A program made the translations under genes and the position numbers. Shown one piece after another: positions 34,973 to 43,575 of a DNA stretch of 48,987 nt. Every line of letters begins with the position of its first letter. The first letter of the stretch is position 1. Origin of the DNA: a virus; IMG/VR virus record IMGVR_UViG_3300020202_000018, positions 1-48,987 of that record; one strand, given 5' to 3'. The notes below the pieces were generated by a model that was given only the letters and a program-made list of their open reading frames with translations, did not search any database and had not been told where the DNA came from.

Positions 34973-35900
34973 TATCGTCTTTCTTTACATACATGGAATG
35001 CTTAGTTAATGATACGTTCCCACCTTCACTTTGAACTCTGCAAAGAAAATCAAACGGACAAGAAATACAATGCAGACCAGGAATAGGAACGAATCGGTGG
35101 TTAGCTTCCATAAAGTCGTGAATTGTGTATTTAAGGTCCTCCTCAAAATTGGATAGAAACGACTCGCTCCTTCTGGTTTTTTCCCTCTTAAATGTATTTG
35201 ATCCGCGATTCTTTAGAAATTCCAGTTCCTCAGTGTAGTCATTTACATTTAAATTAGCCAAATTAATAGCTTCTAGGTATAATGCATGCTCAGTTTGAGC
35301 CAACTCATTCTTAGCTCTACTAAGTCCCTTACCGTTTTTTAATAGAGTGGGGTACGATGGAGCAGTTTTTCTTGTTACATTAAGAATAAACCTCTTAACA
35401 TCAATTCCAAGTTTATTCATTGCCCACAAGTAGAAACTGGCTTGGAAGTCGTTTACAAGAATCTTAGGGTCTGGGAATGACTTATAAGCCTTATGGTCAA
35501 TAATAACATACTGCTTTGTGTTACGACCAACTTGCTCCAATGCTAGGATATCAATAGTAAAAAGAATTCTAACCCCTAGAATGTCAACATGCATAACATT
35601 CTCAATTGAGGCTATTTCAAAGTTTTGGTCTTCATCCTTCCAATGTTCCTTATACAAATTGTACAGAACATAAATTGTACTTTTAATCTCGTCGTTGGTA
35701 ATTTCACTAATTGCCAGCTTAGTATTCTCACCTCTATAGTGGGCAGCGAGAACATCATGCCAATTATGCCCAAAATCAAAATATTCTGGATTCTTATATT
35801 CCTTTGGTTTAATGCGTTCTACAATTCCATATTGAAATTTTCTTTGACATTCGTAAAATGTTCTAATGTCTGTTGCGTGAATCGGTGTTTGTAACTGCAT
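34962..35900 (-). CDS. Cas4/RecB-like PD-(D/E)XK exonuclease
   Basis: N-terminal Cys (YECQRKF), IIDHKAYK core, C-terminal CISCPFDFLC cluster. Confidence 0.65.
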   Translation of the reverse strand: MQLQTPIHATDIRTFYECQRKFQYGIVERIKPKEYKNPEYFDFGHNWHDVLAAHYRGENTKLAISEITNDEIKSTIYVLYNLYKEHWKDEDQNFEIASIENVMHVDILGVRILFTIDILALEQVGRNTKQYVIIDHKAYKSFPDPKILVNDFQASFYLWAMNKLGIDVKRFILNVTRKTAPSYPTLLKNGKGLSRAKNELAQTEHALYLEAINLANLNVNDYTEELEFLKNRGSNTFKREKTRRSESFLSNFEEDLKYTIHDFMEANHRFVPIPGLHCISCPFDFLCRVQSEGGNVSLTKHSMYVKKDDNER

Positions 35901-35906
35901 ACTGCC

Positions 35907-36158
35907 TCACCTCAATTCGTTTTTAAAAAACTCAAATAGCATAAACATAACAAACAACGGCCAAAGGGCTACAACTAACATAAATAAAATTAAATAGGTC
36001 AATTTTACTGTTGTACTAGTTGAATCTACACTTAATTTCGGAGGATTTCTACAGATATCTTTTTCAAATGTTGAAAATGGCATCTCACTAATAAAATAAA
36101 ACATAAACAAAACAGAAATTACTGAATACAACAAAATACTCAAGGATAGATTGCTCAA
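35907..36158 (-). CDS. Small membrane protein
   Basis: 83 aa with two hydrophobic helices (LSILLYSVISVLFMFYF, LILFMLVVALWPLFVMFMLF). Confidence 0.55.
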   Translation of the reverse strand: MSNLSLSILLYSVISVLFMFYFISEMPFSTFEKDICRNPPKLSVDSTSTTVKLTYLILFMLVVALWPLFVMFMLFEFFKNELR

Positions 36159-36535
36159 TTGTCCTCCATGTAAACTTTACACAATTTATAAAGAGAATAG
36201 AGTACATGAAATGGCCAAAATACCCATGTACAAGTTAAAGAAAAAACGTATAATGACGATATATTGTTATTAAAAACAGTTCTTAGAATCAGCAGTTCTC
36301 TATCAGATGCGTTTTCTATAACGTCGTCTTTAAACTCTTTGAGTGGAGTATTAAAAACCTCAAAGGACGCTATCAACAAACCTATAACCCAATAAATGAG
36401 GATAGCAGTATGGTAGCTTTGCATTTTTTTCTGCCTTATTTTACAAGGGTCACGCTCGGCCTCGGACTTCTCCGCTTGCTTCGCTCCACTAATTATTTTA
36501 ATTAGTCTCATCGCGTTGACGGTTCGCTGTACCAA
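36155..36535 (-). CDS. Membrane protein
   Basis: 126 aa. Hydrophobic helices AILIYWVIGLLIASF and VFSLTCTWVFWPFHVLY. Confidence 0.55.
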   Translation of the reverse strand: MVQRTVNAMRLIKIISGAKQAEKSEAERDPCKIRQKKMQSYHTAILIYWVIGLLIASFEVFNTPLKEFKDDVIENASDRELLILRTVFNNNISSLYVFSLTCTWVFWPFHVLYSLYKLCKVYMEDN

Positions 36536-36589
36536 GTTTCAGCTAATTAATCGCATCGTGACCCCTTTTTCCCTCTTATAAGGGAATTC

Positions 36590-36665
36590 TGGTGCGCCGA
36601 ATGGGACTCGAACCCATAACAAATAACTTAGAAGGCTATTGCTCTATCCTTTGAGCTATCGGCGC
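36590..36665 (-). tRNA. tRNA-Arg (anticodon UCU) with encoded CCA
   Basis: Hand-folded: acceptor GCGCCGA/TCGGCGC, D arm GCTC/GAGC, anticodon stem ATAGC/GTTAT, loop CTTCTAA, T arm ATGGG-TTCGAGT-CCCAT, discriminator A, CCA. Total 76 nt. Confidence 0.9.
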
Positions 36666-36762
36666 TAATTAAGAAGCATACTTCCCGTTCCACTTTTAAT
36701 TATTCAGAGAGTGGTACCACACGGCAGGTCAGCATTCCGCACGGTTTTCTGCTTCTAAGTTA

Positions 36763-36791
36763 ATTGTACCTGAAATGTATAAAATTGTCAA
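36763..36791 (-). promoter_or_regulatory. Sigma70-type promoter TTGACA-17-TACAAT upstream of the tRNA
   Basis: Minus strand reads TTGACAATTTTATACATTTCAGGTACAAT. Confidence 0.6.
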
Positions 36792-36813
36792 GTTAATAAT
36801 AGAATAACAAAAA

Positions 36814-37329
36814 TTAGTCTGTTAAGAAGTTCCGCATTAACTCCCCATGATTACAGTTTAATTTCTGAATTTGCTGACTGCATAGTTTTGCTGTAGAGAA
36901 ATAAACCGCGTGCTTTAATGCACTTGCTGGGTGGGAGGAAAACTTTTTGAGTACAGGATACCATTTCTCTACAGGGGTTCCACTCTTTCCACCGTTTTGG
37001 ATATAAGCTGGCTGTTTGTAATTCTGAATTCTGTACACGTTATAACACAGATACTTCAGAACCCCTATTACTTCTACTGGAATAAGATTTGCAGCAACAG
37101 TTCTTAGTTGAAATTCCTCATAGACAACGCATTCTCTTTGATTGTCAATCTTTTTAAAGTGGTCATCTAATAGGCTCCACGTTCTAAACATGCCAACCTG
37201 TTCTACGTCGATCGCGCCACGCTTATAGTCTATACGTACGCGCGCGTACCCTGTAGTGCCACCCGGATCATACGCGTGAACAACCTCAAACTTAGGAATG
37301 GGTTTAACTAAACTAATTTTTTCTGACAT
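36814..37329 (-). CDS. RuvC-like Holliday junction resolvase
   Basis: VVHAYDPGGTTGYARV N-terminal catalytic-Asp motif, 171 aa. Confidence 0.5.
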   Translation of the reverse strand: MSEKISLVKPIPKFEVVHAYDPGGTTGYARVRIDYKRGAIDVEQVGMFRTWSLLDDHFKKIDNQRECVVYEEFQLRTVAANLIPVEVIGVLKYLCYNVYRIQNYKQPAYIQNGGKSGTPVEKWYPVLKKFSSHPASALKHAVYFSTAKLCSQQIQKLNCNHGELMRNFLTD

Positions 37330-37540
37330 TTAATCTCTCCGGGCATTCTTTTAAAAGATCCCACAATGGAGCATCTTTAGGATATTTAATTCTCTCCGCT
37401 ATACGCTCCAAAGTAACCTCTGAAATTTTAATCTTACCCTTTTCCAATTGAGAAATTTTAGGTTGTGTAATATCTACCGCATCAGCTAATTGGAATTGAG
37501 TTAATCCAGCTACTCTTCTATAATACTCAATTTGCAGCAT
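37313..37540 (-). CDS. XRE-family HTH transcriptional regulator
   Basis: LTQFQLADAVDITQPKISQLEKGK. Divergent from the primase gene. Confidence 0.8.
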   Translation of the reverse strand: MLQIEYYRRVAGLTQFQLADAVDITQPKISQLEKGKIKISEVTLERIAERIKYPKDAPLWDLLKECPERLNVRKN

Positions 37541-37551
37541 ACCTTTGTTAC

Positions 37552-37579
37552 ATTATACCCCAAAATTCATACATGTCAA
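37552..37579 (-). promoter_or_regulatory. Promoter TTGACA-16-TATAAT for the XRE regulator, giving a nearly leaderless mRNA
   Basis: Minus strand reads TTGACATGTATGAATTTTGGGGTATAAT, then 11 nt to the ATG. Confidence 0.6.
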
Positions 37580-37595
37580 CTAGTAATTTAGCCAG

Positions 37596-37624
37596 TTGAC
37601 AAAAGTTTATATGTAGGGTATAAT
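37596..37624 (+). promoter_or_regulatory. Consensus promoter TTGACA-17-TATAAT for the plus-strand replication/nucleotide operon
   Basis: TTGACAAAAGTTTATATGTAGGGTATAAT. The inverted repeat GTCAAC-N14-GTTGAC (37575..37600) overlaps the -35. Confidence 0.7.
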
Positions 37625-37692
37625 GTAAACAAGTGCATTACTTAGGGCTGTACACAAACTATTTGTCAATCAGTTCTCCTAAGTCAGATGGA

Positions 37693-39576
37693 ATGACTGC
37701 CGTCCATTGCCCGTTCCATGAAGATTCTGGAAAATCGGCAGCAGTCAATCTAGAAAACGGCGTATTTACTTGTCGTTCCTGCAACATAAGTTATTCGGCA
37801 GCTAGGTTCGTATCAAAACATGACAATGTTTCTTTACAAGAAGCAGCGGTACTAGTAGATACATACCGAAAGCAGAATAAGATTGTCGTAAACGAAAACA
37901 ACTTTTCTAAGAAATACGTCTTTGCCTTAGAGAAGAACGAGTGGAGAGAACTTTATCTTGCGTCTAAACGTAACCAGTTAGAAGGAACGTTTGCAGAAGA
38001 GTACTGCAAGGAGAAGGGATTTAGTTTAGAAGCCTTAAAGTTTTGTGATTGTGGCTTCTTGAATTCAGAAGAAATACCAGAACCTAGTAAACAATCAAAA
38101 GCAGATTGGTCACAAGGGGCCATTACGTTTCCGTATTTTTATAACGGAAAAATAGTGGGGTTGAGGTTCCGATCTGTTGATGGTGGTAAATCTGGATTAA
38201 AAGGATCAATTGCAGTTCCCTGGGGAATTGACAATCTTACCAATGACGATAATTTTGTTGTAGTTGTAGAAGGTGAATCAGACCGTTTACTTTTAGTATC
38301 AGAAATGATAAGAAAGGGGATAGACATAAAAGTTGTTAGTCTTCCCGGAGCATTCTTATCAAATGAGTGGGAAAGGGATTTCTCGGAGTTGGGAACTATC
38401 TTTTTCATTCCAGATACAGATGAAACTGGAAACAAGTTTGCATCGGATTTTAAATCTAGATATCCTAACTCAGTAGTAGTCCATAAACTAATCTGGAAAA
38501 GAAGACAGCTAGGAAAGGATTTATCTGAATGGGCAGCGCAAAATGATATAAATGAAGTCCTAGGGGAGATTCTTGATACATATGAAAAAAGAAAAACAAG
38601 ATCAGGAGTACTAAATACTAGTACATTTTTAGACAGTAACGATGATGACGAACAACAAGAAGTAATAATTAACAAACTACTTTATGAAGGACAAATAGGG
38701 GTTCTTGGTGGGAGGCAGAAGTCCAAGAAAACATGGTCTCTTTTAAATTTAGTAAGATGTGTACTTACTCCAGGATCATGTTTTCTAGGTCTCAGAGAAT
38801 TAACCTCCACTGAAAAGGTTCCCAATATTCTATACGTTCAAACTGAAGGCTCAAAACGTAAATTTAAAGACAGGATAAAAATGGTCCTGTCTGACTGTAA
38901 AAATGCGGACAAGGCATATTGGTGGTTTAAGCCAGGAATTAAACTTGACAATGATTCAGACGTAGATAAATTAATAAAAAAGTTAGAGCAGAACAAAATT
39001 GGATTATTAATTCTTGATCCGTTTCAAAGACTACACTCTAAAAACGAGGACTCTGCAACGGACACCGCACCAGTTTGGGACTCACTGTTTAGAATAACAC
39101 ACAAAATTCCCAATATATCCATAGCAATTGCACACCATTTTGGAAAGGATACCACTATTAGAGAAAAATGGGAAGCACTCAGAGGATCGTCAAGAATGGG
39201 AGGTGAGGTTGATTGGGGAATTTTTCAAGAACCCCAGTCTAAGAAGGAAGGAAATGGAATACGAGTTAGTTTTGAATTTCGCGATGAAGAGCCACTAGAA
39301 GACAATGAAGGTAAAGATGTTTTTATGATAAGTTTCAATCCAGAAAATGGAATTCTTACTCATGACGAATCGACTGCCGGAATTGATAAATCCAGTGATC
39401 TTGAAAAGTGGGTAAGGGAGAAGGGAGGATCGGTTACTAAAGAGGAAGCATGTACACACTTTGGTAAAAGTGCTCCTACAATTAATAAGTGGGTGGAAAG
39501 GTCTGAGAACCTTACTACAACTAAACCGGGACCAAATACTCCAGCTAAAATTGTTCTAAAGGAAGGTAAAAGGTAA
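37693..39576 (+). CDS. Bifunctional DNA primase / replicative helicase (zinc finger + Toprim + RepA/DnaB-like ATPase)
   Basis: HCPFHEDSGKSAAV...FTCRSC; VVVVEGESDRLL and FIPDTDETG (Toprim); GGRQKSKKTW (Walker A); LLILDPFQRL (Walker B). The track start, GTG 37633, sits at the predicted transcription start, so ATG 37693 is preferred. Confidence 0.8.
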   Translation: MTAVHCPFHEDSGKSAAVNLENGVFTCRSCNISYSAARFVSKHDNVSLQEAAVLVDTYRKQNKIVVNENNFSKKYVFALEKNEWRELYLASKRNQLEGTFAEEYCKEKGFSLEALKFCDCGFLNSEEIPEPSKQSKADWSQGAITFPYFYNGKIVGLRFRSVDGGKSGLKGSIAVPWGIDNLTNDDNFVVVVEGESDRLLLVSEMIRKGIDIKVVSLPGAFLSNEWERDFSELGTIFFIPDTDETGNKFASDFKSRYPNSVVVHKLIWKRRQLGKDLSEWAAQNDINEVLGEILDTYEKRKTRSGVLNTSTFLDSNDDDEQQEVIINKLLYEGQIGVLGGRQKSKKTWSLLNLVRCVLTPGSCFLGLRELTSTEKVPNILYVQTEGSKRKFKDRIKMVLSDCKNADKAYWWFKPGIKLDNDSDVDKLIKKLEQNKIGLLILDPFQRLHSKNEDSATDTAPVWDSLFRITHKIPNISIAIAHHFGKDTTIREKWEALRGSSRMGGEVDWGIFQEPQSKKEGNGIRVSFEFRDEEPLEDNEGKDVFMISFNPENGILTHDESTAGIDKSSDLEKWVREKGGSVTKEEACTHFGKSAPTINKWVERSENLTTTKPGPNTPAKIVLKEGKR

Positions 39577-39786
39577 ATGTCAATGACTATAAGATTCGTT
39601 GTGAAGAGTTGTGTTTCAGATGGATCAAATGATCCTAATGGACCTAGATGGACAATACGAGCAAGAACCGGTGGGTGCTATATTAATGAATTAATATTTC
39701 TCAGTGAAATCCCAATGCCGTCGGGAACTGAGTTCGATGTGGTCATCCTTACGTCTACTATAGAAATCGAAAACAATAATCTATAG
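39577..39786 (+). CDS. Hypothetical protein
   Basis: 69-aa ORF abutting the primase stop. Confidence 0.5.
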   Translation: MSMTIRFVVKSCVSDGSNDPNGPRWTIRARTGGCYINELIFLSEIPMPSGTEFDVVILTSTIEIENNNL

Positions 39787-39830
39787 ACAATCATCCAGCG
39801 CGGCACCTACCCCACTTCCGAACGCATAAA

Positions 39831-39848
39831 GGGACCCTAAAGGGTCCC
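39831..39848 (+). terminator. Intrinsic terminator hairpin GGGACCC-TAAA-GGGTCCC followed by CTTTAT
   Basis: Read directly. It is preceded by another copy of the ACGCATAAAGGG motif. Confidence 0.55.
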
Positions 39849-39925
39849 CTTTATAGGGCTCCGCCTTTAAGCGTTCAGACGAGGGGTGGCCCGAAACACA
39901 ACCCTTAATAAGAATCAGGAACAAA

Positions 39926-40717
39926 ATGCATCTAACAAATAGAGAGAAAGAACTAATTGCTGGCGCTCTAATGGGTTCGGCAATAAACGCAAGCAAACTT
40001 CTTGATAGCACCATTTACCAGCTACCAAAAAATAGTGTTCAGGGAGTGATAAATGAATGGCTAGAACTTGCAGAAGATAAGTTTGGAGTAACAATGGCGG
40101 TCACTCCAGATACTGTAATGACTAATTATTCATATCCTCTCCCACTTGATCCAGGTGACGTTAGCGAATATAAACAATTAGCGCTTAGAAGTGACCTAAG
40201 TGACGAGCAATATGAAGAAGTTAATAAAAGGATTGACAATAATTTCCGTCTTATTCATAAACTTGGGTCTTACATAGACCTATTAGAAGCATACTCTAAT
40301 GCGATTGATGAAATTAAAAAAGCTTTATTTTATGGAAAATCACCAACCCCACTAAATTGTACAGAACTCAGTCCACCAACTCCATTTGATAGAAAGAGAC
40401 TAGAAATCATTCATGGTTTGATTGGACTTTTTAGTGAGGTTGGGGAGTTAGTTCCTATTCTTAAACAGGCCCTTAGTGACCCTACTGAAATAGACAAGGT
40501 TAATGCTGCTGAAGAAATAGGTGATGTTTGTTGGTATTTACTAGGAGTATTGTGTGAGGGACTTGAAATTGATCCATATGATGTTCTAAGTGCCAACATT
40601 GAAAAACTTAAAGCTCGGTATCCAGATAAGTTTTCATTTAATCTCGCAAATGAAAGAAATCTTTTGAATGAAAGGGAAACATTAGAGAAAAAATTAGGAG
40701 AAAATCAAAATGACTGA
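39926..40717 (+). CDS. MazG-like nucleoside triphosphate pyrophosphohydrolase
   Basis: C-terminal half: LIGLFSEVGEL...AAEEIGDVCWYLLGV...NIEKLKARYPDKF. Confidence 0.65.
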   Translation: MHLTNREKELIAGALMGSAINASKLLDSTIYQLPKNSVQGVINEWLELAEDKFGVTMAVTPDTVMTNYSYPLPLDPGDVSEYKQLALRSDLSDEQYEEVNKRIDNNFRLIHKLGSYIDLLEAYSNAIDEIKKALFYGKSPTPLNCTELSPPTPFDRKRLEIIHGLIGLFSEVGELVPILKQALSDPTEIDKVNAAEEIGDVCWYLLGVLCEGLEIDPYDVLSANIEKLKARYPDKFSFNLANERNLLNERETLEKKLGENQND

Positions 40718-41144
40718 ACCAAAAGATAGAAAAACCAGAAGACTACTTTTATCCTCTTTGCGGATTCGATGCGAGGACCTAGAAGCAGATAATAGACACC
40801 TTAAAGAGTCTGTAGAGAAATTGAAAGACGAGTGCGATTCTATTTCGTCCAAATTAATTGATTTACATATTCAATTGAGTAAGTCTAAAGCTAGAAACCT
40901 AAAAAGAATTGAGTCTATTAGATCATTCCTCTACCACTTAAATATGAGAGAAGAATTCGGTCTTGTTAATAGCAACGATCTAGAATTCATGGTCCAAATG
41001 TATGACCAGCAGCAAAAAGAAATTGACTTGTTGAATCAAAAAATACGTCTGATGGATGAGGAAGTAAAAGGAGAATATTTAGATACCAGAACTGGAGAAT
41101 GGAAATCCGGAGTACAAAATTATAGTAGTTCAGTAGAAGACTAG
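40710..41144 (+). CDS. Coiled-coil hypothetical protein
   Basis: 144 aa, heptad-rich. Confidence 0.55.
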   Translation: MTEPKDRKTRRLLLSSLRIRCEDLEADNRHLKESVEKLKDECDSISSKLIDLHIQLSKSKARNLKRIESIRSFLYHLNMREEFGLVNSNDLEFMVQMYDQQQKEIDLLNQKIRLMDEEVKGEYLDTRTGEWKSGVQNYSSSVED

Positions 41145-41191
41145 ACACCCTGCAAAGTGTAGGGTACAATAATACAGAGGGGCGAGCCGTT

Positions 41192-41443
41192 ATGATTAAT
41201 CAGGACCTTACACTAACAGAATTTATGCGTATTAGTGGGGATAGACCATGCTATCCCCTCGTAAATACTCCCAATTGTAGTATTAATTTAATTAACGAGG
41301 GAAAAGTTCCTCGAATTAAAATTTCGACGTCTAGTGGAACTGTACTAAAGGCAGTAGTGTCAACAGATAGTCTCATAGACTTGCTAAACACTCTTCCACA
41401 AGCAGTTCTACATTATAGTGGTGAAAAAATGACCATTCATTAG
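41192..41443 (+). CDS. Hypothetical protein
   Basis: 83-aa ORF. Confidence 0.5.
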   Translation: MINQDLTLTEFMRISGDRPCYPLVNTPNCSINLINEGKVPRIKISTSSGTVLKAVVSTDSLIDLLNTLPQAVLHYSGEKMTIH

Positions 41444-41640
41444 TGAGCATGAAATATCCCCAAAAAAGAATTCATTACCTGTATCATGAGTATCAATCTA
41501 TTTTAGTTGGACTAAAATATTTCTCTCAGTGTGAATGTTCATGTTATGGAGATTATGAGTGCATATCTTGTTCTTCTAAAAGGACATTGAGGAATATGAG
41601 GAAAGAAATTAATGATATTCTCGGCGAAGATTCTAGCTGA
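41443..41640 (+). CDS. Small Cys-rich protein (CxCxCYGDxxCIxC)
   Basis: SQCECSCYGDYECISCSS. The motif is shared with 46195..46602. Confidence 0.5.
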   Translation: MSMKYPQKRIHYLYHEYQSILVGLKYFSQCECSCYGDYECISCSSKRTLRNMRKEINDILGEDSS

Positions 41641-42667
41641 TTCAGTAAATAACGGAAATAGAATTACTACGTTTGAACTAACCTTTCCTAGATCAATTTT
41701 AGCGGAATGGAGAACCCACAGGATGAATCCTGGGTGGGAAGCATATGCAGCAGAAAGTATTAATGCAGCTAGCTCCAGGGCAATTCCTGTCGGAAGGATG
41801 ATTGAAAATATTGAAAATTATCCTTTTATTCCTGACTTCCACTCTAATCAGAAAGGAATGCAAGTGGGGGAAGGACTGGCTCCCGCTGATGTAGAAGAAG
41901 CAGATCAGATTTGGATTGAACTTAGAGATACAGTTATTAAATACTGTGATAGGCTTAGAAAACTTAATATCCATAAGGGATACGTAAATCGTCCTTTAGA
42001 ACCCTGGATGTTCTGTAAGATTATCTCTACTGCTACTGATTGGTCTAATTTATTTGCTTTACGTACACACAAACAGGCTGAGCCGTCATTTCAAAGGGTT
42101 GCCAACCTAGCTTATTCAGCGTATAAAGTCTCAGAACCCACTGAGATTAAAGATGGTTGGCACCTTCCGTTTTTAACGGATTACGATGATTTAGTTCTTC
42201 CTCAATATTGTCATGTGATCGATCATTTGGTTGAAAAGAATGTAGCCGCTACTTATGATGATGCAGAGGTAATTTATCCTGAGAGTCGACTTAATAATTG
42301 GTTGTTGGACATTTCTGTTGGTAGATGCGCTAGAATTAGTTATATAACGCATGACGGAAAGAGGAATGTTTTAGAAGACATTAGATTGGCTGTTCAGTTA
42401 AGTTGTAGCAATCCTGGCCATTGGTCTCCGTTTGAACATATTGCCAGACCGGCTAGAATGGAGGAAATGTCCTATAACTTCAGTGATTTAGAAGTATATG
42501 AAAAATTTGACGGTACATCTAAATACGGGAGATCGATTTCTGAGGGTCACCGTATTAGACCCAGAAATGGTGTATCAGGATATTGTGGAAATCTAAAAGG
42601 TTGGAAATCTTATAGAAAGCACTTTTCTAACGAAAACATTACAGAGTTTAATTATGAAAATCAGTAA
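41612..42667 (+). CDS. thyX: ThyX-like (flavin-dependent thymidylate synthase family) protein, divergent with a C-terminal extension
   Basis: EWRTHRM...AASSRA (RHR...SxR-like) and NLFALRTHKQAEPSFQRVA. Confidence 0.55.
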   Translation: MIFSAKILADSVNNGNRITTFELTFPRSILAEWRTHRMNPGWEAYAAESINAASSRAIPVGRMIENIENYPFIPDFHSNQKGMQVGEGLAPADVEEADQIWIELRDTVIKYCDRLRKLNIHKGYVNRPLEPWMFCKIISTATDWSNLFALRTHKQAEPSFQRVANLAYSAYKVSEPTEIKDGWHLPFLTDYDDLVLPQYCHVIDHLVEKNVAATYDDAEVIYPESRLNNWLLDISVGRCARISYITHDGKRNVLEDIRLAVQLSCSNPGHWSPFEHIARPARMEEMSYNFSDLEVYEKFDGTSKYGRSISEGHRIRPRNGVSGYCGNLKGWKSYRKHFSNENITEFNYENQ

Positions 42668-43280
42668 AGAAGAAATCAAATTACTAGAAAAGCTGCCGGC
42701 ACTATACAATGAGCTATCTGAAACTGAATTAGAAACGGCTAATATTTGTGTAGCGAATGGACTGGCAACATTTGTTGTTGATGCGCTTAATGTAGTACAT
42801 GTACGCCGAACTGAAAGCGGCGTATCAGCTGTAGTGTCTGAAAAGTATGATTATGAGGCTAAAAATTTGCTAGACAATGATATCCACTATATTGGAGGGG
42901 CAACATCTTCCCACTGCCCTGATTTTGGGCAAATCCCATTAGAATCATTAATTGCTTTGGCTGAAAGATTTAAATTGGGGGAAAAGAAACACGGTAGGGG
43001 AAACTGGCAAAACGGTATTAATGACAGAGCCTATGTAATAGAAAGGGCCAATCATGTAATATACCATGCGTATAAATTGATTAACAAACTTGAATCCCTT
43101 GATACCAGGGGGTTAAGAGAAGATGATGATGCAGCAGCTATTATGTGGGGAGGGGCATTTCTAGTAGTAGCAATTAACTATTGGCTGGAGAATGAAAAAC
43201 AAGGAACAATTTACGATTTAGAAGATTCTAGAAGGGAGAATGGGAATATTGATGGAGAATTTATTAAAAATGGAAACTAA
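42654..43280 (+). CDS. DUF5664-like dATP/dGTP pyrophosphohydrolase-type protein
   Basis: LIALAERFKLGEKKHGRGNWQNG...HVIYHAYKL...DDDAAAIMWGGAFL. Confidence 0.5.
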   Translation: MKISKEEIKLLEKLPALYNELSETELETANICVANGLATFVVDALNVVHVRRTESGVSAVVSEKYDYEAKNLLDNDIHYIGGATSSHCPDFGQIPLESLIALAERFKLGEKKHGRGNWQNGINDRAYVIERANHVIYHAYKLINKLESLDTRGLREDDDAAAIMWGGAFLVVAINYWLENEKQGTIYDLEDSRRENGNIDGEFIKNGN

Positions 43281-43575
43281 AAAGGATTATATTCTAGTTG
43301 ATCCGGTTTTAATGTCTAGTAGAATTATAAATGTTATAACTGGAATGATATTGAAAGGATATATTCATCCCGTTATTGGCCCAATTATAACCCCAGCTTT
43401 AGTTCTTGCTGTAGTATCTTCTACGCATCCAGAGGAATTGATGTTTATTCCGAAGACTGATGAAGAAATGAGCCCAAATAAAATGTCTAAGGAATGTTCT
43501 GTTGCAATTAGTGATTATATTAATAGTTTAATGGATACAGCTATTGAGGTTTACATTGAAAAGAAGCAAGTTTGA
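43240..43575 (+). CDS. Hypothetical protein
   Basis: 111-aa ORF overlapping both neighbours. Confidence 0.45.
   Translation: MGILMENLLKMETKKDYILVDPVLMSSRIINVITGMILKGYIHPVIGPIITPALVLAVVSSTHPEELMFIPKTDEEMSPNKMSKECSVAISDYINSLMDTAIEVYIEKKQV

Noticed and set aside
36666-36760. A possible second tRNA in the leader upstream of tRNA-Arg
   Set aside because: There is closing-stem pairing, but no T-loop (GTTCRANNC) and no D-arm or anticodon-arm geometry. It is not a tRNA.
38139-38675. A 178-aa minus-strand ORF antisense to the primase-helicase gene
   Set aside because: It is Ser/Leu-rich and low-complexity, has no SD, and lies inside a gene with clear Toprim and Walker motifs.
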